Below are positions 34,814 through 48,935 of a stretch of DNA of 64,000 nt, piece after piece. The DNA is from Chrysomallon squamiferum. Taxonomy: Eukaryota; Animalia; Mollusca. The translations under genes and the position numbers were made by a program. How positions within the stretch are numbered: the first letter of the stretch is position 1; the number at the start of each line of letters is the position of its first letter. The notes under the pieces are model-generated. The model had not been told where the DNA came from, ran no database searches, and saw only the letters and a program-made list of their open reading frames with translations. Location of the stretch: assembly GCA_012295275.1 (NCBI GenBank), contig CM022679.1:17670001-17734000 (forward strand), read 5' to 3'.

Positions 34814-37800
34814 TCATGAATTCCACCAAGACAATAGTCCAAGGCCCGGTTCACTGATAGAACCCTGAAAATAAAAACAATCATTCTTTATCCAGCCTTT
34901 CTGTGGTCTTTAAGATGTTTGAAAAAAATCGTAACCTAAACATATAAAAAAAAAAAAAAAAAAAAAAATTGATGTATTAAGGAAAGGTAAAGAAAAAATC
35001 AAATTAACATCTGAAAATATAAATAAAGAGGCATAAACAGAAAATTTAGCATGGGAAATTATCTTGATTACACAAACAACAAGCTAACTACAGACAACAT
35101 TAGCTAATCAAAAATGTAACCAGTAATATTAAACATGTAATTCAGTAAATGTAACCAGGAGTAAATAAATAACCTTAATTACAGCTTTAGTTGCAGCTTG
35201 GCAAAACTACTGTCGTATGAACAGTTTCTACTGAGTTAAACACATTCTTGGATAACTCACCGTTAATGAGAATGGAGACTTTCGTGATTCTGCATCAAGG
35301 AAAGTAGTTTCAGGTGTCTCTGGAATTCCACCATCTGGTCCACACGGAGTCGTGTCAGTAAACACTTCATCAACAACACGGAATCTGAAATCAGTTACAT
35401 GAATTAACACTGGTTTTAACGTTCATGTAAACTTGTTGAATTTAATTCAACACTGGTTTTATCTGTATTTACATAAACAATTGAAAATGGTTATAATTAT
35501 ACTTAAATCGGTTTTCAATATTTACGTAAAATCTGAAATCAGTGACATTACACTTAAATTAACATTTTAGATTAAATACTCACATATAGATCTGAAATCA
35601 GTTAAATTATATATCAAACATTTTATTCATAGATTTTGTCTGAATTTGTAAATGAAAAGTAAAAAGTACTGCTTTTTTAACAACTTTATTGCTGTATTTT
35701 TGTTGTTATTTTTTATTTTTTTTGTTATTGGTTTTCTTTCTTTTTCTTTTATATTTTTTATATTTCAATAAAATATATTTCAGAAATATGAGGCTAATTT
35801 ACAGACGCTTTCAAGATGTCAAAATAATAATCAATCTGACCATAAAAATCTTTATATTAAATGAATAAGTTTCTGCTTAGAGAAACAAAATTATTATTTT
35901 TTTAAATATATATTTAGCATATCTGATAAATGCTTGTATAGACAGGTACACACTTTCTGCACTGGTTTGTTATTATTATTATTATTAGTTGCTGTTGTAA
36001 TAGCTGCAGGATTACCATTTTTATTACCAATATTACTATGACATTATAAATGATTATTGTCATTATTATTTTTCAATACCCGTGGAATTCAAAATCTTAT
36101 CAACGTTTCTCAGTGAAGAAGTTTAGTAAATATCGAAATGTCAGTAAACATAAAATTTCAAATAAACAATTCCTAATGAAGAAAATTAATAATGTACAAA
36201 AATGAACATAAATCTAACATTGTTCAAAATGTTGTGTATAGGCATTGTCAAATACAAGATTTCTTAGAATACTGTGACATCCAGCCTGTCTCATTATTTT
36301 AATTATTAGAAAATTACAGGCTGTATATATCAACTATGGCTAATACACATGAAAATACAAACTAATGATTTGACCATACTAAGTATGGGGATGTTGGTTT
36401 TCATTAATTCAAGACTAATTAATGGCATACACCCACAAAAAACAAAGATGATCTATTTTGAAGTCTACCCACGCTTTATATTTCTGTATTACTGAATACA
36501 ACAACATTAGCATGCAGTTAGTTATATTGAAATTAATCATCTTATTTAACCATAGTTCAATCTCCTGTGGGTATTTATGAGCTGGTTTTATTTTTGTTTT
36601 TCATAACAAACACACACACACAAACACACAATACACAAAGTTCCGGCAAGCCTAGTGTTTCATACAGCCCACCTGATTTCTCAAATATTTTAAACACTGT
36701 CAGATATGTGAATTGAAACAAACTTCAGTTTCACATGTGTTAGTCACAGATAAATTCTAAGATGAAATTACCTGCTTACAGTAATATTAATATCATTAAG
36801 ACAATGTTTGAACCACTGATAAGGATAATACGATGCTTACAAGAGCTATCTTAGCTCATTTCCTCTCCATGGTCTTAGCTTTGTTCACCAGGTTTTTGTA
36901 AATTGTAATTCATATTCTATATTTTATACAACATAATTGCACTGGACACTGATGACATCCTACTGGGAAATGTGTTAAAAGATTGTAAATAAAACATATA
37001 GAATATTTCTAAACAAAATAAACTACTTCAAAGTATATCTGTGCTGGTATAAATAATTCATCTACTAAAGTTCATTATAATTTTACTTGTTTTTTTCTTC
37101 TTTTTTTTGTTGTTTTTTTTTGCTGTTTGTATGTTAGCTTTGGAACTCTGTCATAGCTTAATGCAGTTTATGATATTAAAATAATACTGTTATGCAGCAT
37201 CAGAACACCATGGTTTTATCTCTTTACAACTGGATTTCTGACATAATCATATATATGTACATGGCTGCCTGAAGAAACGTTGTAGCAAATTGGTCACTAC
37301 AGAAAAATGGCCATGCCAAGATATTTTTATTTTGTTTTCATACTACATAAAAAACAACTCTAAGTATTCTGAATACATTTAGATTATTTCTTTACACATA
37401 TACAGGTATAGTTTAATCTTATTATTTTGTTTTTACTTCATTTTACTTATGATGTATTATGGACCTGCAACATGCAGACAAAAAAGGTAAATTTATAATA
37501 AAAAATCTTTTTTTTTTTTTTTTATGAAAATGTATTGGTAATTTGTTTATATTTTTATATTTTTTATTTATTTAATTTTTATTTTTGTAGTTGTTTAAAA
37601 AATATTAAAACTAAAACAATATAAACATTATTGTAACTACTTTCATTTTAGCTTAATTAGTCAGCTTGCTCCAAATATATCTTTCATTTATTTATCACAG
37701 TTTTGTTTACTAATGATGAAAATGTCAGAATGTCTGGCATACTGATATATATCCCAGTTAGAATTTGGTTTGGAGATAAGGATCATCATTCAGAAACATC

Positions 37801-40800
37801 CAGTAGCTGTTCCAAAATTTTATAAAATGTATGTATAACCATTATTTCTTAAAACAAACAAAACCATTAATCATTCAATAACAACAAGGTGAAGAAAAAT
37901 GAAGGAAACATCTGTATCCAAATGTCATTTCATAAAATAAAATAGTAAAAAGAAAAAGAAAATTAGAAAGACAGCAAGACACTGAAATAATTTATAATGA
38001 AACAGCCCAAATACAGCAAATAAAAACAAAAAAATTCCAGATAATGAAAGCCTGAAAATAACAAGGAGGGTGTATTCTAAATTAAGTCTGAAATTTGTAT
38101 GTTTACAAGAACACTTACCTAATCTGTTCCCCAATGTCCATAAACAAATTGTGTTTGTTGCCTTCGTCTGGTTGATATTCCCAGTACCACAACTGTTCTT
38201 GCTCATCACGAATACCATTAAAGATAACTCAAACTAATAGTCTCTTAAAATATCTTTCTTTCATATTTAACATGGAAATATGTTTTAGTGCTGTTGTCTA
38301 CATAAACAACAGTTACAGAACTTCTACTGTAATATAGAAAACAGCATTAATACTTATAGTCTAAAAATGTTTCATTTGACTAAAATGACCACTACTTATT
38401 CTTTATGTATTCATCCCACTAACATCATAACAGATATATTGAATATTCTGTTTAATTTCTTGGTCTTGGCAAAAATGTACTAAGAATGGAAATTCTGATA
38501 AACTTGTAATTTGTGTTCACAATGTTCAAAGGATACAATTTTGAGGGATGCTGCATGGAATCTGCTGGAATTAGTATGTCATCAAAGAAACCAATAGAAA
38601 CTTGAAAACAATAGGAAACAAATGTTATTTTATTATCAGAAAAAAAAAAAAAAAAAAAAAAATTAGATTTAAAAAAAAAAAGAAGAAGAAAAAAAGAAAT
38701 GAAAATAAAAAGAATTAATAATTCCTTGTTTTATATGCCAACAAAAATAATGTCAACAAAATTCTTTCCTGACATGCACAATACTAGCTGTGAACGTAAG
38801 AATTTAAATGTCATGAAAATAATTAATGTCTTTTCAAACAACTTGAAGATCAAAATTTTGATATTTGGTTATTTCCCTTTATGTTATTTTACTTCCAAGT
38901 TTGTTAAAGTAATGAAGATATTTCAAAGCTTATCTGAAATTCTCATTTTTTTTTACAAATGCTGATATTAACACATAAACTTTGATCTGATGATGTTCAA
39001 AATCAAAATTTAATGACTAATTTTAAAAAGTAATTTAATTAAAATAAATTCAGTTTTCATAAACAAAGACATGCAGAGACAGCTTTGGACCTGAAGTGAA
39101 AACTTTACATGTACATTACACATAAAGCTACATAATCAGAAGCATATATTCTGGGTATGTTAAGAGAGTGCTGTATACCCACCCAGGATGGTAAATTCAT
39201 GATAAATATTAAAGTCAGTCAATACTATGATCACAGATCATCATAGGAAACTAATTATTCTGTCCCTTGTTATGAAATATTGTGGTAGTGGTTCACCTAA
39301 TATGCCACATGGTGGATAATGGGACAGTGACAAAACTAAGAAGTAAAAGAATGAGTTTCATCTCACCATATACAGAAGTTAATTTTTTATATGTGTTTAT
39401 CCAGTTTAAAAAAGATTAAAATCCATATAACTGTGCACACAAAACAACAGAAACAATAATTAACCTTTGATATTCACTGTCACACCATTGGCTATGCCCA
39501 AAAGTACTGCCAAAGAATAGTGACACAAAAGGTAAATTATAGCTTTTTAACTCCAGATTATATAAATTCCAAACATTCAGCAGTAAATGACAGATAATTA
39601 ATTACTTTTTTGGTGATGAATATTATCAACAAATAGAATAAATAAAGCAATTGGCTATCTTTACAAACTCACCAATAACTCCCTCTTTGCTGCTTCCTTT
39701 AATCTTTCCTATCAAAATTTCATCAATAAATGGCCGAAATACTACATATCGGAAATGAACTGAAAATAACAAATAATTCATAAAAGCATAATAGAAACCA
39801 ATATGTTAAATATAAAGATTTAAGTATATTTTAAAGGTGTCATGATTCTAAAAATTAGCAGATTTAAATGAATTTTACATTTCATTGTTTCTGTTGTCAT
39901 TAATCCATAAAGCTTTTAAAACTACTAACTTGAAATATTCTAACAACCTTCCATTTCCAAAAACAAAACTGACACTGAGACACTAGGAATACATATATAT
40001 ATACACACATACATACATACAAGCAATATAAAATTATTAAAGATCAGCATAAGAAATTGAGAGTTTTCAACAGAAATTTAATTTTTAAGTAGTAATTAAA
40101 AAACTAAACACATGACAGTGATAGACCATCAGGCTTACATCATTATTTCAAATACTGCATGGTGATAAAACCAATAACCAACAACATTTTTTTAAGCCAT
40201 GGAAAAGAAACAAATTATAAAGATTATTAATGTTACTTATCTAAGGATATACATTTCATAGTTTTGCTATCAATATTAATTATATGTTATCACAAAAGTA
40301 ATTTTAAAAATTAATGATTTCCTTGCTTAAATGCATAAATTTGTTTTAATAAATAGTTGTTAAAATTTATTAAAAAGCAATTTTCAGATGATTCTTTTTT
40401 TTTTTTTTTTTTTTGTCAGGATTTTTATTTATTTATTTATTGTTTTGTTTTTGCTGTTGTTTATTTTTGTTTAAAAGTTTGTAAAAGTATAAATCAAGAA
40501 TGCTCACATTGTATTATGTTTTTGTTGTATTTACCTATTGTATGTGATGCACCATCTCCTGGGAATATATAGCTATCTTCAAATTTTTCAATGTCCCATA
40601 AGGCTATGCATAATCCAACATTGTACAGAACCTTGAAATTAAAATAAGTGATTCTGTTTTCACAAATTTTACACGTAAAATTGTTTTACATTTAAAAAAA
40701 ATAATTATAAAAAAAAAAATAAAAAAAATAAGGTAAAAAAAAGAGAAGAGAAATAAAGAAAAAAAAGAGAAAATAATAAATAAAGACAAATAAAAATGTG

Positions 40801-41275
40801 CAAAATTATCTAGTTCTTTTAAATATGCTAAAAAGTATCTTTTCTTTTATTTAAATATTTTTAATAGTGTCATCAGTTTATATATATGTGTATGTCGTGT
40901 GTTTGTGTGCCATGTGTGTGTTAGAATAATAAAGAACAAATAACACATCAGAATTTTGGGCATTTGCAAATAATCTTCTGGCAACTATAAACATGTCTTA
41001 TGTTTATCATTTTCAAAAGATTATTTGCTGTTGTCCAAGATACTACTGTCTAATCCTGCAAATTTTGCAACCTGTTCAAAAAATTATAAATAATTTTAGT
41101 AAAATTGCCTCAAAAAATGTTACTGATAACATTTTACTTTAAGTATGTATGTAAGAAAATTTACTTTATTTGCCAATTTTTTATTAAGAGTTTCAATGAT
41201 GGCATCTTTTGTGTCAAGATGAAACAACCATGGTGGAATCCGCACTGTGTCTTTCATTTCAGAGAGGACAAACAT
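34814..41275 (-). CDS. POLR3H: RNA polymerase III subunit RPC8/C25, 207 aa
   Basis: Exons 41165-41275, 40535-40631, 39673-39759, 38537-38600, 38119-38208, 35261-35384, 34814-34864: [16 protein letters not shown]...[22 protein letters not shown]...[32 protein letters not shown]...[12 protein letters not shown]...[13 protein letters not shown]...[18 protein letters not shown]...[17 protein letters not shown] probable non-coding exon ends at 42107. The gene is missed by the ORF track. Confidence 0.96.
38209..38536 (-). other. U12-type (minor spliceosome) intron of POLR3H with apparent GT-CG termini
   Basis: 5' end is GTATCCTTT (38536 downward). Branch-like TCTTTAAT at 38224-38217. The junction that restores K-F-D-E-Q-E-Q is ...ggtattcg|T GAT GAG. 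Confidence 0.8.
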
Positions 41276-42106
41276 AATGCTGGACTTCAGGATAAACTAA
41301 CAGACATTAAATCTAAAATGTGTGTCAGTCACGTTTTTGTCGCAGAATTCAACACAAATAACCCTGAAATGTATAGTTTGATATTGATATTAACCAACAG
41401 TTTAAATGTATAACAACATGAACAATTTAAATGCAGTTATATACAAAATTAGTCCAATATCCAGCAACTTTACATTAAGCATTTTTTTATTACTTAACTT
41501 TCTTATAACACATTCATTTTTATTGTCTGTAGAATATGCTCTGATATAGTAACAGTTTAATTTTATTAAGCATACCTATTTGGGGTACCAGAATGTACTC
41601 AGTAAATCATGTAGGCAAATAAAGGTTATTAATATTATTTAAGTAACTGCCAAAAAAAAGAAGAAAAAAAAAAGAGATGAAGTTATATATAATACTGGTT
41701 TAATTTCAATGGAGTTTTTGACACATACATAATTAATGTATAATTAGTACAAATTACTAATTCATTCAAATTCATGTGTGTTTGCACCATGCTTAAAAAC
41801 ATTTTAGAGTTCTAAAACTCACTGATTTAAGAGATCTTGGTGTCGTTTTATTATGCTTTTTCTGGTGATTTATAGTTTTATAGGAAAGTTATATTTTTTT
41901 TAAATTAGGTCACAGGTACATAATTATTGTACAAGCTTATACTATAGGCTATATTTATAATTATTCGTGATTACCGGTTTACTCGTGATTACAATCATTC
42001 ATTCTCCCAGAATCACTGCATTAGCTAACCTAAAGTTACCAAATTTAGAATCCACTCGCAATCACTGGTTGTCTCATTAGAAAAACTTTTAAAATGAAAC
42101 ATTTAC

Positions 42107-42475
42107 CTTTTGTCAGTTTTTTCTGTATAATTATATTTCTTGTCATTTGTTGCTAAAACGAAAGCAACATGCTTATTTTTGATGTTGATTTTATTTGAAC
42201 CGGAAATGGGATAAAAAAAAAATACGTTTACGACATCATAAAACAAACAAATAATAATAGAAATATGAATAAACATTTGTGCAGATTATCAGAATGACGT
42301 AAATTAATTTGATTATTGTTATTATTCAAAAAAAAAAAAAAAATAATAATAATAATAATAATTTGTTGTAATTTTTTGTTGCAGTTTGTTTCATGGACAG
42401 CATTTATGGCAGTGTTTAGTGCTCCACGTTTATTTCGTAGTATATTTAAATCGATGTCAAGTTACAGCAATAATT
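42107..42475. promoter_or_regulatory. Bidirectional POLR3H/JMJD8 promoter region
   Basis: Divergent genes with first exons under 400 bp apart; ETS-like ACCGGAAAT at 42199-42207; local CpG enrichment. Confidence 0.6.
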
Positions 42476-45400
42476 ATGAAACGGCAATTAATTTTGTTTG
42501 GTTTTCTCGTCAGCATTACATGTGAAGAAATTGTTGATAATGGAGGATGGTACGTCTCTATTTAAATGCTAACTGACATTAAAAACTATGAAACAATAAA
42601 ACAGAACATAAAAACAACAAAAATAAAAGCCATTTTTATGATTTGTATCACTTAGGATTTTACTAGTTACATTATACTGTGTAAGTAGAACATTATTTAA
42701 ACTAGTTTAACATGTCTATTTTATTGCACATCTGCATAATGAATTTTATTTACTGTCCAATTACATTTTTAGGTCAACAGACAAGAAATTTCTCCTTGCC
42801 CAACCAGGACCGTGTTCTATTGATATTAGAGATACCAGCTCTCTGACTCAAAAAGAATTTGTTGAAGAGTTTGTATATAATTACGTTTAAATGTATGATA
42901 CAGTTTGAAATACACTTTTCACATGGGTTGTTATTACTAATATTTAGTCTATTAGCTACTTCATTTTATTAAGACAAATAGTCACAAACTGTTAGGAATT
43001 TTTTATCATTATTTAAATAAATAATTATTAAAAAAACATTAAAAAATTTGGAAGTAGAAATTGACAGCCACTGCATTTATATTGCTAATTTTCAGTTAGC
43101 AACAAAGGATCTTTGATACCTGTCTTTCCATAGACAATTCAGTACACATCACAGCTAAAAGGCCCAAACAGTTCTAAAAATCATCACAATAGTGTGTTTT
43201 TTATTCACAGATATGCTTACAAAAAGCCTGTTGTGATAAGAGGAGCTTCAAACAATACTGTAAGTACTTACAGAGTGAAAAAAACAACAGCTGGTTACTA
43301 AAAACATTTCATCTGCAGACTTGAATTGGTTACTCACTACAGTATAAATATATATATATATATAATATATGACATTTAGACAAACTCAGATAAGTAAATT
43401 TAAAAATAGTAAATATTTGGCAGTCTTAACAATTAATTTAATTGCAGTTATTTTCTTATTTTCAGAAATTTCAAGATATGTGCAGAAAAAATTCACTTCT
43501 TTCCAAATTTGGATCCAAAAAAATACGTCTAAGTTCTGCAAACACATATTCGTATACAAAAGGTAACATCTCCTCAAAAATTATTTTCACAGCAGCATAA
43601 CTATATTAATAAATATTTATAAATGTTTATTCAGATTTTTTCAAACTCTGGCTATAAAGTTACTAGGAACAGTATTTTAATACAGTGAATGTTTAATAAC
43701 ATTAAGGAAGAATGATAAACAGATATTTATGTAATGATTCAGTAATTATTAAGTAAAATTCTCCAATAATTAACCTTTTTTTTTCCTTCTACATTTAGTC
43801 ACTTCTTTTAGAAGAGTTAAACTGGTTTTAGTAAGTTTTATTTTTGAAGTGTTCATTCTGTAGTTATGTTTAATATATTTTTTACAAGTATATTTTTACA
43901 TGTGATTTATAATATTAACAAATATAAATATGTTTTTCTAGTTGATATCAGCCTTTACAAGTATGTAAAAGAAGTGATGAGACCTCAGTCATTAGACATG
44001 CTTGGCAATGGTGACTTAATGTTTCTTATTCATTTACTAATTGCATGGATAATATATCATATGTGCCTAAAGATCAAACTGTTTTCACATTAATAAGTAA
44101 CATCTGATTTAATGTTTGTTATTGCAGTGATATGTTTAAATTGATTTGAAATGGAGAACAGCATGACTAGGTGAACAGAAAACTAAATGCAGTGTTTATT
44201 AAAATTATTAATTATATTTCACTTCAAAAATTATTTTGTACTGCAATTACAGATTTGTTAGTCACATTGTTTTGTTTACAATTTTCTTTTTTTTTTCTTT
44301 AGAAACACTCTACTGGTTTGGTGACAACAACTATACTGAATTTGTGGATTTATTTAATGAATACAAACCACCTCCCTATCATGTACCAGGTATGACAGGT
44401 GCCTATAGTTTTGGACTGGCAGGTGATTATATTATATAAAATCTCAGAATACACCATTAATTAGATGTTATTTTAATATCAGATTCTAAGAAAGAAAATT
44501 AATAATGAATATATGTATATCTATATGTGAATACATTAAGAATGTGTGTGTGTATGTAGATATATGTATAGAGATGTATGTGTATGTGTGTGTGTATATA
44601 ATACATATATATATATACACACACAGATACACACATATATACACATCTATATATATATATATATATACATGTACACAAATACATATAAGTGTGTGTGTGT
44701 GTGTGTGTGTGTACACACATACACATTTTCATTCTTTGAAATATTTTATATATACAAAATATTAACAAAGTCTTGTATTTTTTTGTTGTATAATATAAAA
44801 TTCTAACAGGCTTGTAATATTATTCATTTGGAAAATTTAATATTTCATGTAGGAGCTGGTACAGGTGTTCCCTTCCATTTCCATGGGCCAGGATTTGGAG
44901 AAGTTGTTTTTGGCAGAAAGGTAGAGTTTGTTTGTTAAAGGCATTTAATATAAGAAATATTTTTAAAGAAATTGAATTTTTTCTATTGAATTCATAAAAT
45001 AAATAACACTGTCATGACAAAAACTGAAAATATTTGTTGAATTAAATGATAGCTGGTATCCTCAAGATCTGTGCATCCTCCATTGGCAGACTGATCACTG
45101 GGCAAAGGTCTTGCTACATACTGGAAGAGATGGTGGGCCCACCATTCGTCAGCAATGGCAGCAATATCCACCACCTGTTTATTTAGTGAACTTCCTTTTG
45201 TATAATAAATTAAACAAATACTTCGATTTTATTTAATTGCAAGTAAAATAAACTTGTTAATAGTTAATGCATTTGATGGAATTATTTAAAGAAGTATTTT
45301 TGACAAACAAGTAATTTGAACATTGATCAAAGTACTTGTACCTTGAACATTTTCTGTACAATCCCTTTGTTAAACTAACACCAGATACACCGATTCCCAC

Positions 45401-46123
45401 CATCCCTTTCATAAATTCTGGGGAGATCACTGCTACGACAAAAATATCACTTAACAGTACACAAAATGCATTTATACTAATTTTAAATATTACAAATAAA
45501 TTTATAATATCTTACAGAGATGGTTTATGTATCCACCTCATTTTGAGCCACATTTTGATCCCAATAGGACAACCTTACACTGGATGGTGGAAGAATACCC
45601 CAAACTTGAACATTGGCAACAGCCACTGGAATGTACAATAAAACCAGGAGAGGTTTGAGATTTTCTACCTAAAATTTATTTTTTTGTTGTTTTTTCACTG
45701 CAAATGAATGATTATGTATGGGTTTTTTAATAACATAAACATTATTTAAAATAATGACGAATCATGTGATTTCAATTAAATGGAAAAATTGATCCGAACT
45801 TTTTTTAATTAGTAGTACCATATATTGTTTATTTTCAGTTTTGAAAATGATTATATAATTTTGTAATGGTATATTCCAAAATGGTAGATTCTGTAAAATA
45901 ATTTCAATCTTCTGAATCCATAAAATATTATATAATATAGTGAGATGGGGGAAATATTTTACTAAGAATCTTATACATTTTTGATATATATTAAAAGTAA
46001 TAATAAAATTATAATTATTAGTTCAATATTTTTCAGATTATATACTTTCCTGATCGATGGTGGCATGGAACTTTAAATACTGATACTAGTGTTTTTATTT
46101 CAACATTTTTAGCTACTATTTGA
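42476..46123 (+). CDS. JMJD8: JmjC domain-containing protein 8, 264 aa, with N-terminal signal peptide
   Basis: Exons 42476-42549, 42773-42868, 43211-43259, 43466-43562, 43942-44010, 44303-44422, 44853-44920, 45518-45652, 46037-46123: MKRQLILFGFLVSITCEEIVDNGGW...RLSSANTYSY...GNETLYWFGDNNYTE...AYSFGLAGAGTGVPFHFHGPGFGEVVFGRKRWFMYPP...PLECTIKPGEIIYFPDRWWHGTLNTDTSVFISTFLATI*. Confidence 0.97.
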
Positions 46124-46552
46124 TTATCAGTTTAATTATTAGTAATCATTCCAATTCCGTTTCCTGTCAAAAAAAATATGTATTTATTTAGTTATGAGGG
46201 AACACAATTTCATTTTCAGTGATGAATCAGTTGGATGTTACCAAATTTGTAATGCATTGTATCTGCTACTATTGTTCTAGATCATTTTAATTTTTGATTT
46301 TGTATACTGTCAAAAATGATGAGCCGAGATTGCTATTCAATCAGAATGCAAAAGAATATGACTATTTCTTTAATAAGAGATTTAATTTATTTTCATTAAT
46401 ATAATTTGCATGTGTGTACATTTCAAATAAATTGCTATTTTATTTCATGAGTTTATAATTTATTGAGAGCTTAGTCTTTCATATGATGGCAGTTTTCATC
46501 TTGGCATTAATAACATGTAATCTTCATTTAAAAATATTTACTTGAGATATTC

Positions 46553-46635
46553 TCTATAGTGCACTCATCAGTATTGTATGTAGTTCTACTTGTCACCAGT
46601 AGAACTACATACAATACTGATGAGTGCACTGTAGA
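46553..46635. repeat. Near-perfect inverted repeat (38-bp stem, 7-nt loop)
   Basis: TCTATAGTGCACTCATCAGTATTGTATGTAGTTCTACT-tgtcacc-AGTAGAACTACATACAATACTGATGAGTGCACTGTAGA; a single T/G mismatch. Confidence 0.95.
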
Positions 46636-48935
46636 TAAAAATCATCAGTAAAAATAATATTTCCCATTTTACCAAAAAGGCATTGAGACAAAAAAAATAA
46701 AATAAAATAAAATAAAATAAAACCAAATTTGGCCTTGTTTCTTGCTCAAGTCCAAGTAAATGCCTCTTTTCAGTCATTATGCACTGACATAACTAAGAGG
46801 AAAGGCATGATGCCAGTTTTTTTTATTGAAAAACAAAAGTTCTGTTTCACTGTCTTACTTTACTAGTAAATAAAAAAAGAATAAAAAAAGAAAATGAAAG
46901 AAAAACATACAAAGGCAAAGATTATAATTTGAAAACATTAATTTTTGTATTTTTAATACAAGAATATCAGGTTATTAAAAAAAAAAGAGGAAAAACTGAG
47001 ATAACATAACAAGATATGTAAAACAAGAGATTGGTTGTTTGTCATTTACAGGTTTTGCGATATATTCCTTGAATTAGATCTGAAAAATAACGGAACAGTA
47101 TTTACATTGCAACCGGCCATTCCACTGGTTTAAAGTCTGAAGCAATTAGGAACACGTTATGTCATGAATGATATTATTAGTCTTTAAAAAATTGTGATGG
47201 GATTAAGATAGTGTAACAGCTCTGTTAAGGAAGGAAGTTAAAGTAGGTAGTGCCAGATACTGTACAATCTGTAGTTTTTGACAGGTTTTAATTTGGCTTA
47301 CAAACAGCCTGGAACATTATGAATTGCAATTACTTTTATATCATTCGAAAGCTTTGAATGGTATTTTAAACTAAGCATAATGGTCACAGGATCAGTGGAC
47401 ATTGCTAATGTAATAACTGCTATCACTGGCCAATTGAACATTTTTGTGTTCAAAATACCATTGAGCTCAAGTACAGTTTATCAGCAAAATCCATCTTGGT
47501 AAGTCTGTTATCACAATCACGTTATTTAATGTTTCTTACAAACTTATTCAAGGAATTCATTTAATTAATTTTTATTTTTATTTTATTTTATTTTTTACCA
47601 ACTTTAGCATATTTACAGACAATCTGATTCACTTAGAGAGAAAGAAGTTTTTTTTCACTTTTTACTGCTGAAATGGGTTGTGGTCTCAATTATTAGACTT
47701 ATATACACATCTTTTATTTTATTTAGGAATAAGAAATAAGATTCATGTTCTAAAATAATTTTTGAAATTTAATTTTTTTAAATTCTGGAGGTTTCCAGGG
47801 ATCTGGTGACATTGTGAAAGTTAGCTTCCATTGATACTTCAGTATTAGCCTACAGCTTCTACTTCTTGTATCACTTTTGGTTTTAATTACTGAAACATTA
47901 TTTTAACTCAAATGATCAATTATAAAAGAAAGTCAAGAAATATACTTGGACATTCATCCAGCAATAAAACATAGATGTGTCTGCCTGAAGGTAACTGACG
48001 ATGATTAGAAGTTGAAGACAGTTACTTAGTTAATGGAGGAAGAACTGAAAGAACTACTAGTAATCGTCTCCACATAAAAGTATTATTAATAAAATAAAAT
48101 GGTATATATAATTTCACATTTCACTTATTTTGACATATATAATCTGCCTAATATTTGCCTGAAAAGTACAAGATCACAACTAACAAATCTCAAGTGCCTA
48201 GCCGTTAATCTCATAGTTTTGGACTTATGTTAATTCAAGATATGCAGGCTGCTTTATCACTATCATGTAAATACCAAGTAGAAATTCAGCAAAATTTTTG
48301 AACATTGCACTTAATGACAGAACAGTTCATTATCTTTAAATGGAAATTGTGAAGAAAATCCATGCAATAATTTTGCAAAAGTTATGGCTATTTATGTGTT
48401 TTTTTATATGGCAACTGTTCATGTCTGCAGAAATCATTTTGGGCCTCATCTCATGTTTGGAGCATGGCATCATAAAGCAGAATAAAATCTTCATAGTGGA
48501 AAAAATTACAAGTGCTCTTTATGTTATAAGTAGCTAAAAATGGTTCATCAACTTCATGTCACATTTGCTGATGCTGTTGCAGTGCCATCAATGTTCCAAA
48601 CATTGTATCTCAAAAAGTAAGCAAGAAATATTAATTTTTGGTTCTGTGTTTATATTCAAAAGTTCTGTTTAACTAAAAAAAAGAAAATATTTATATATAA
48701 ATATTATAATTTTTTTAATTGTGGCTGCTGCTAAAGACCACAAATAAAATCAAATGCTATAAATTAACAGGTGAAACTTTTCAGGTAAGTATTTGATGAC
48801 TTAAGTATAAAAATAATAATTACATTTTCTAACTTTATGATTATATCAATACTTAAATTTCAAAAATGCAGAAAAATGACTGAAAAATAAAATGATTTCA
48901 AACTGTAATGTTTCCAAATAACAGTACTGAAGTTT

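Noticed and set aside
36841-36962. Possible poison cassette exon in POLR3H intron 5 (tttcccagtag ... gtaagc)
   Set aside because: Splice-like signals only; expected by chance in a 2.7-kb AT-rich intron without transcript data.
47040-48620. Higher-complexity sequence between JMJD8 and PGAP1 that might be a gene or TE relic
   Set aside because: No consistent exon chain, ORF or TIR could be assembled; it may be 3'UTR or an old repeat.
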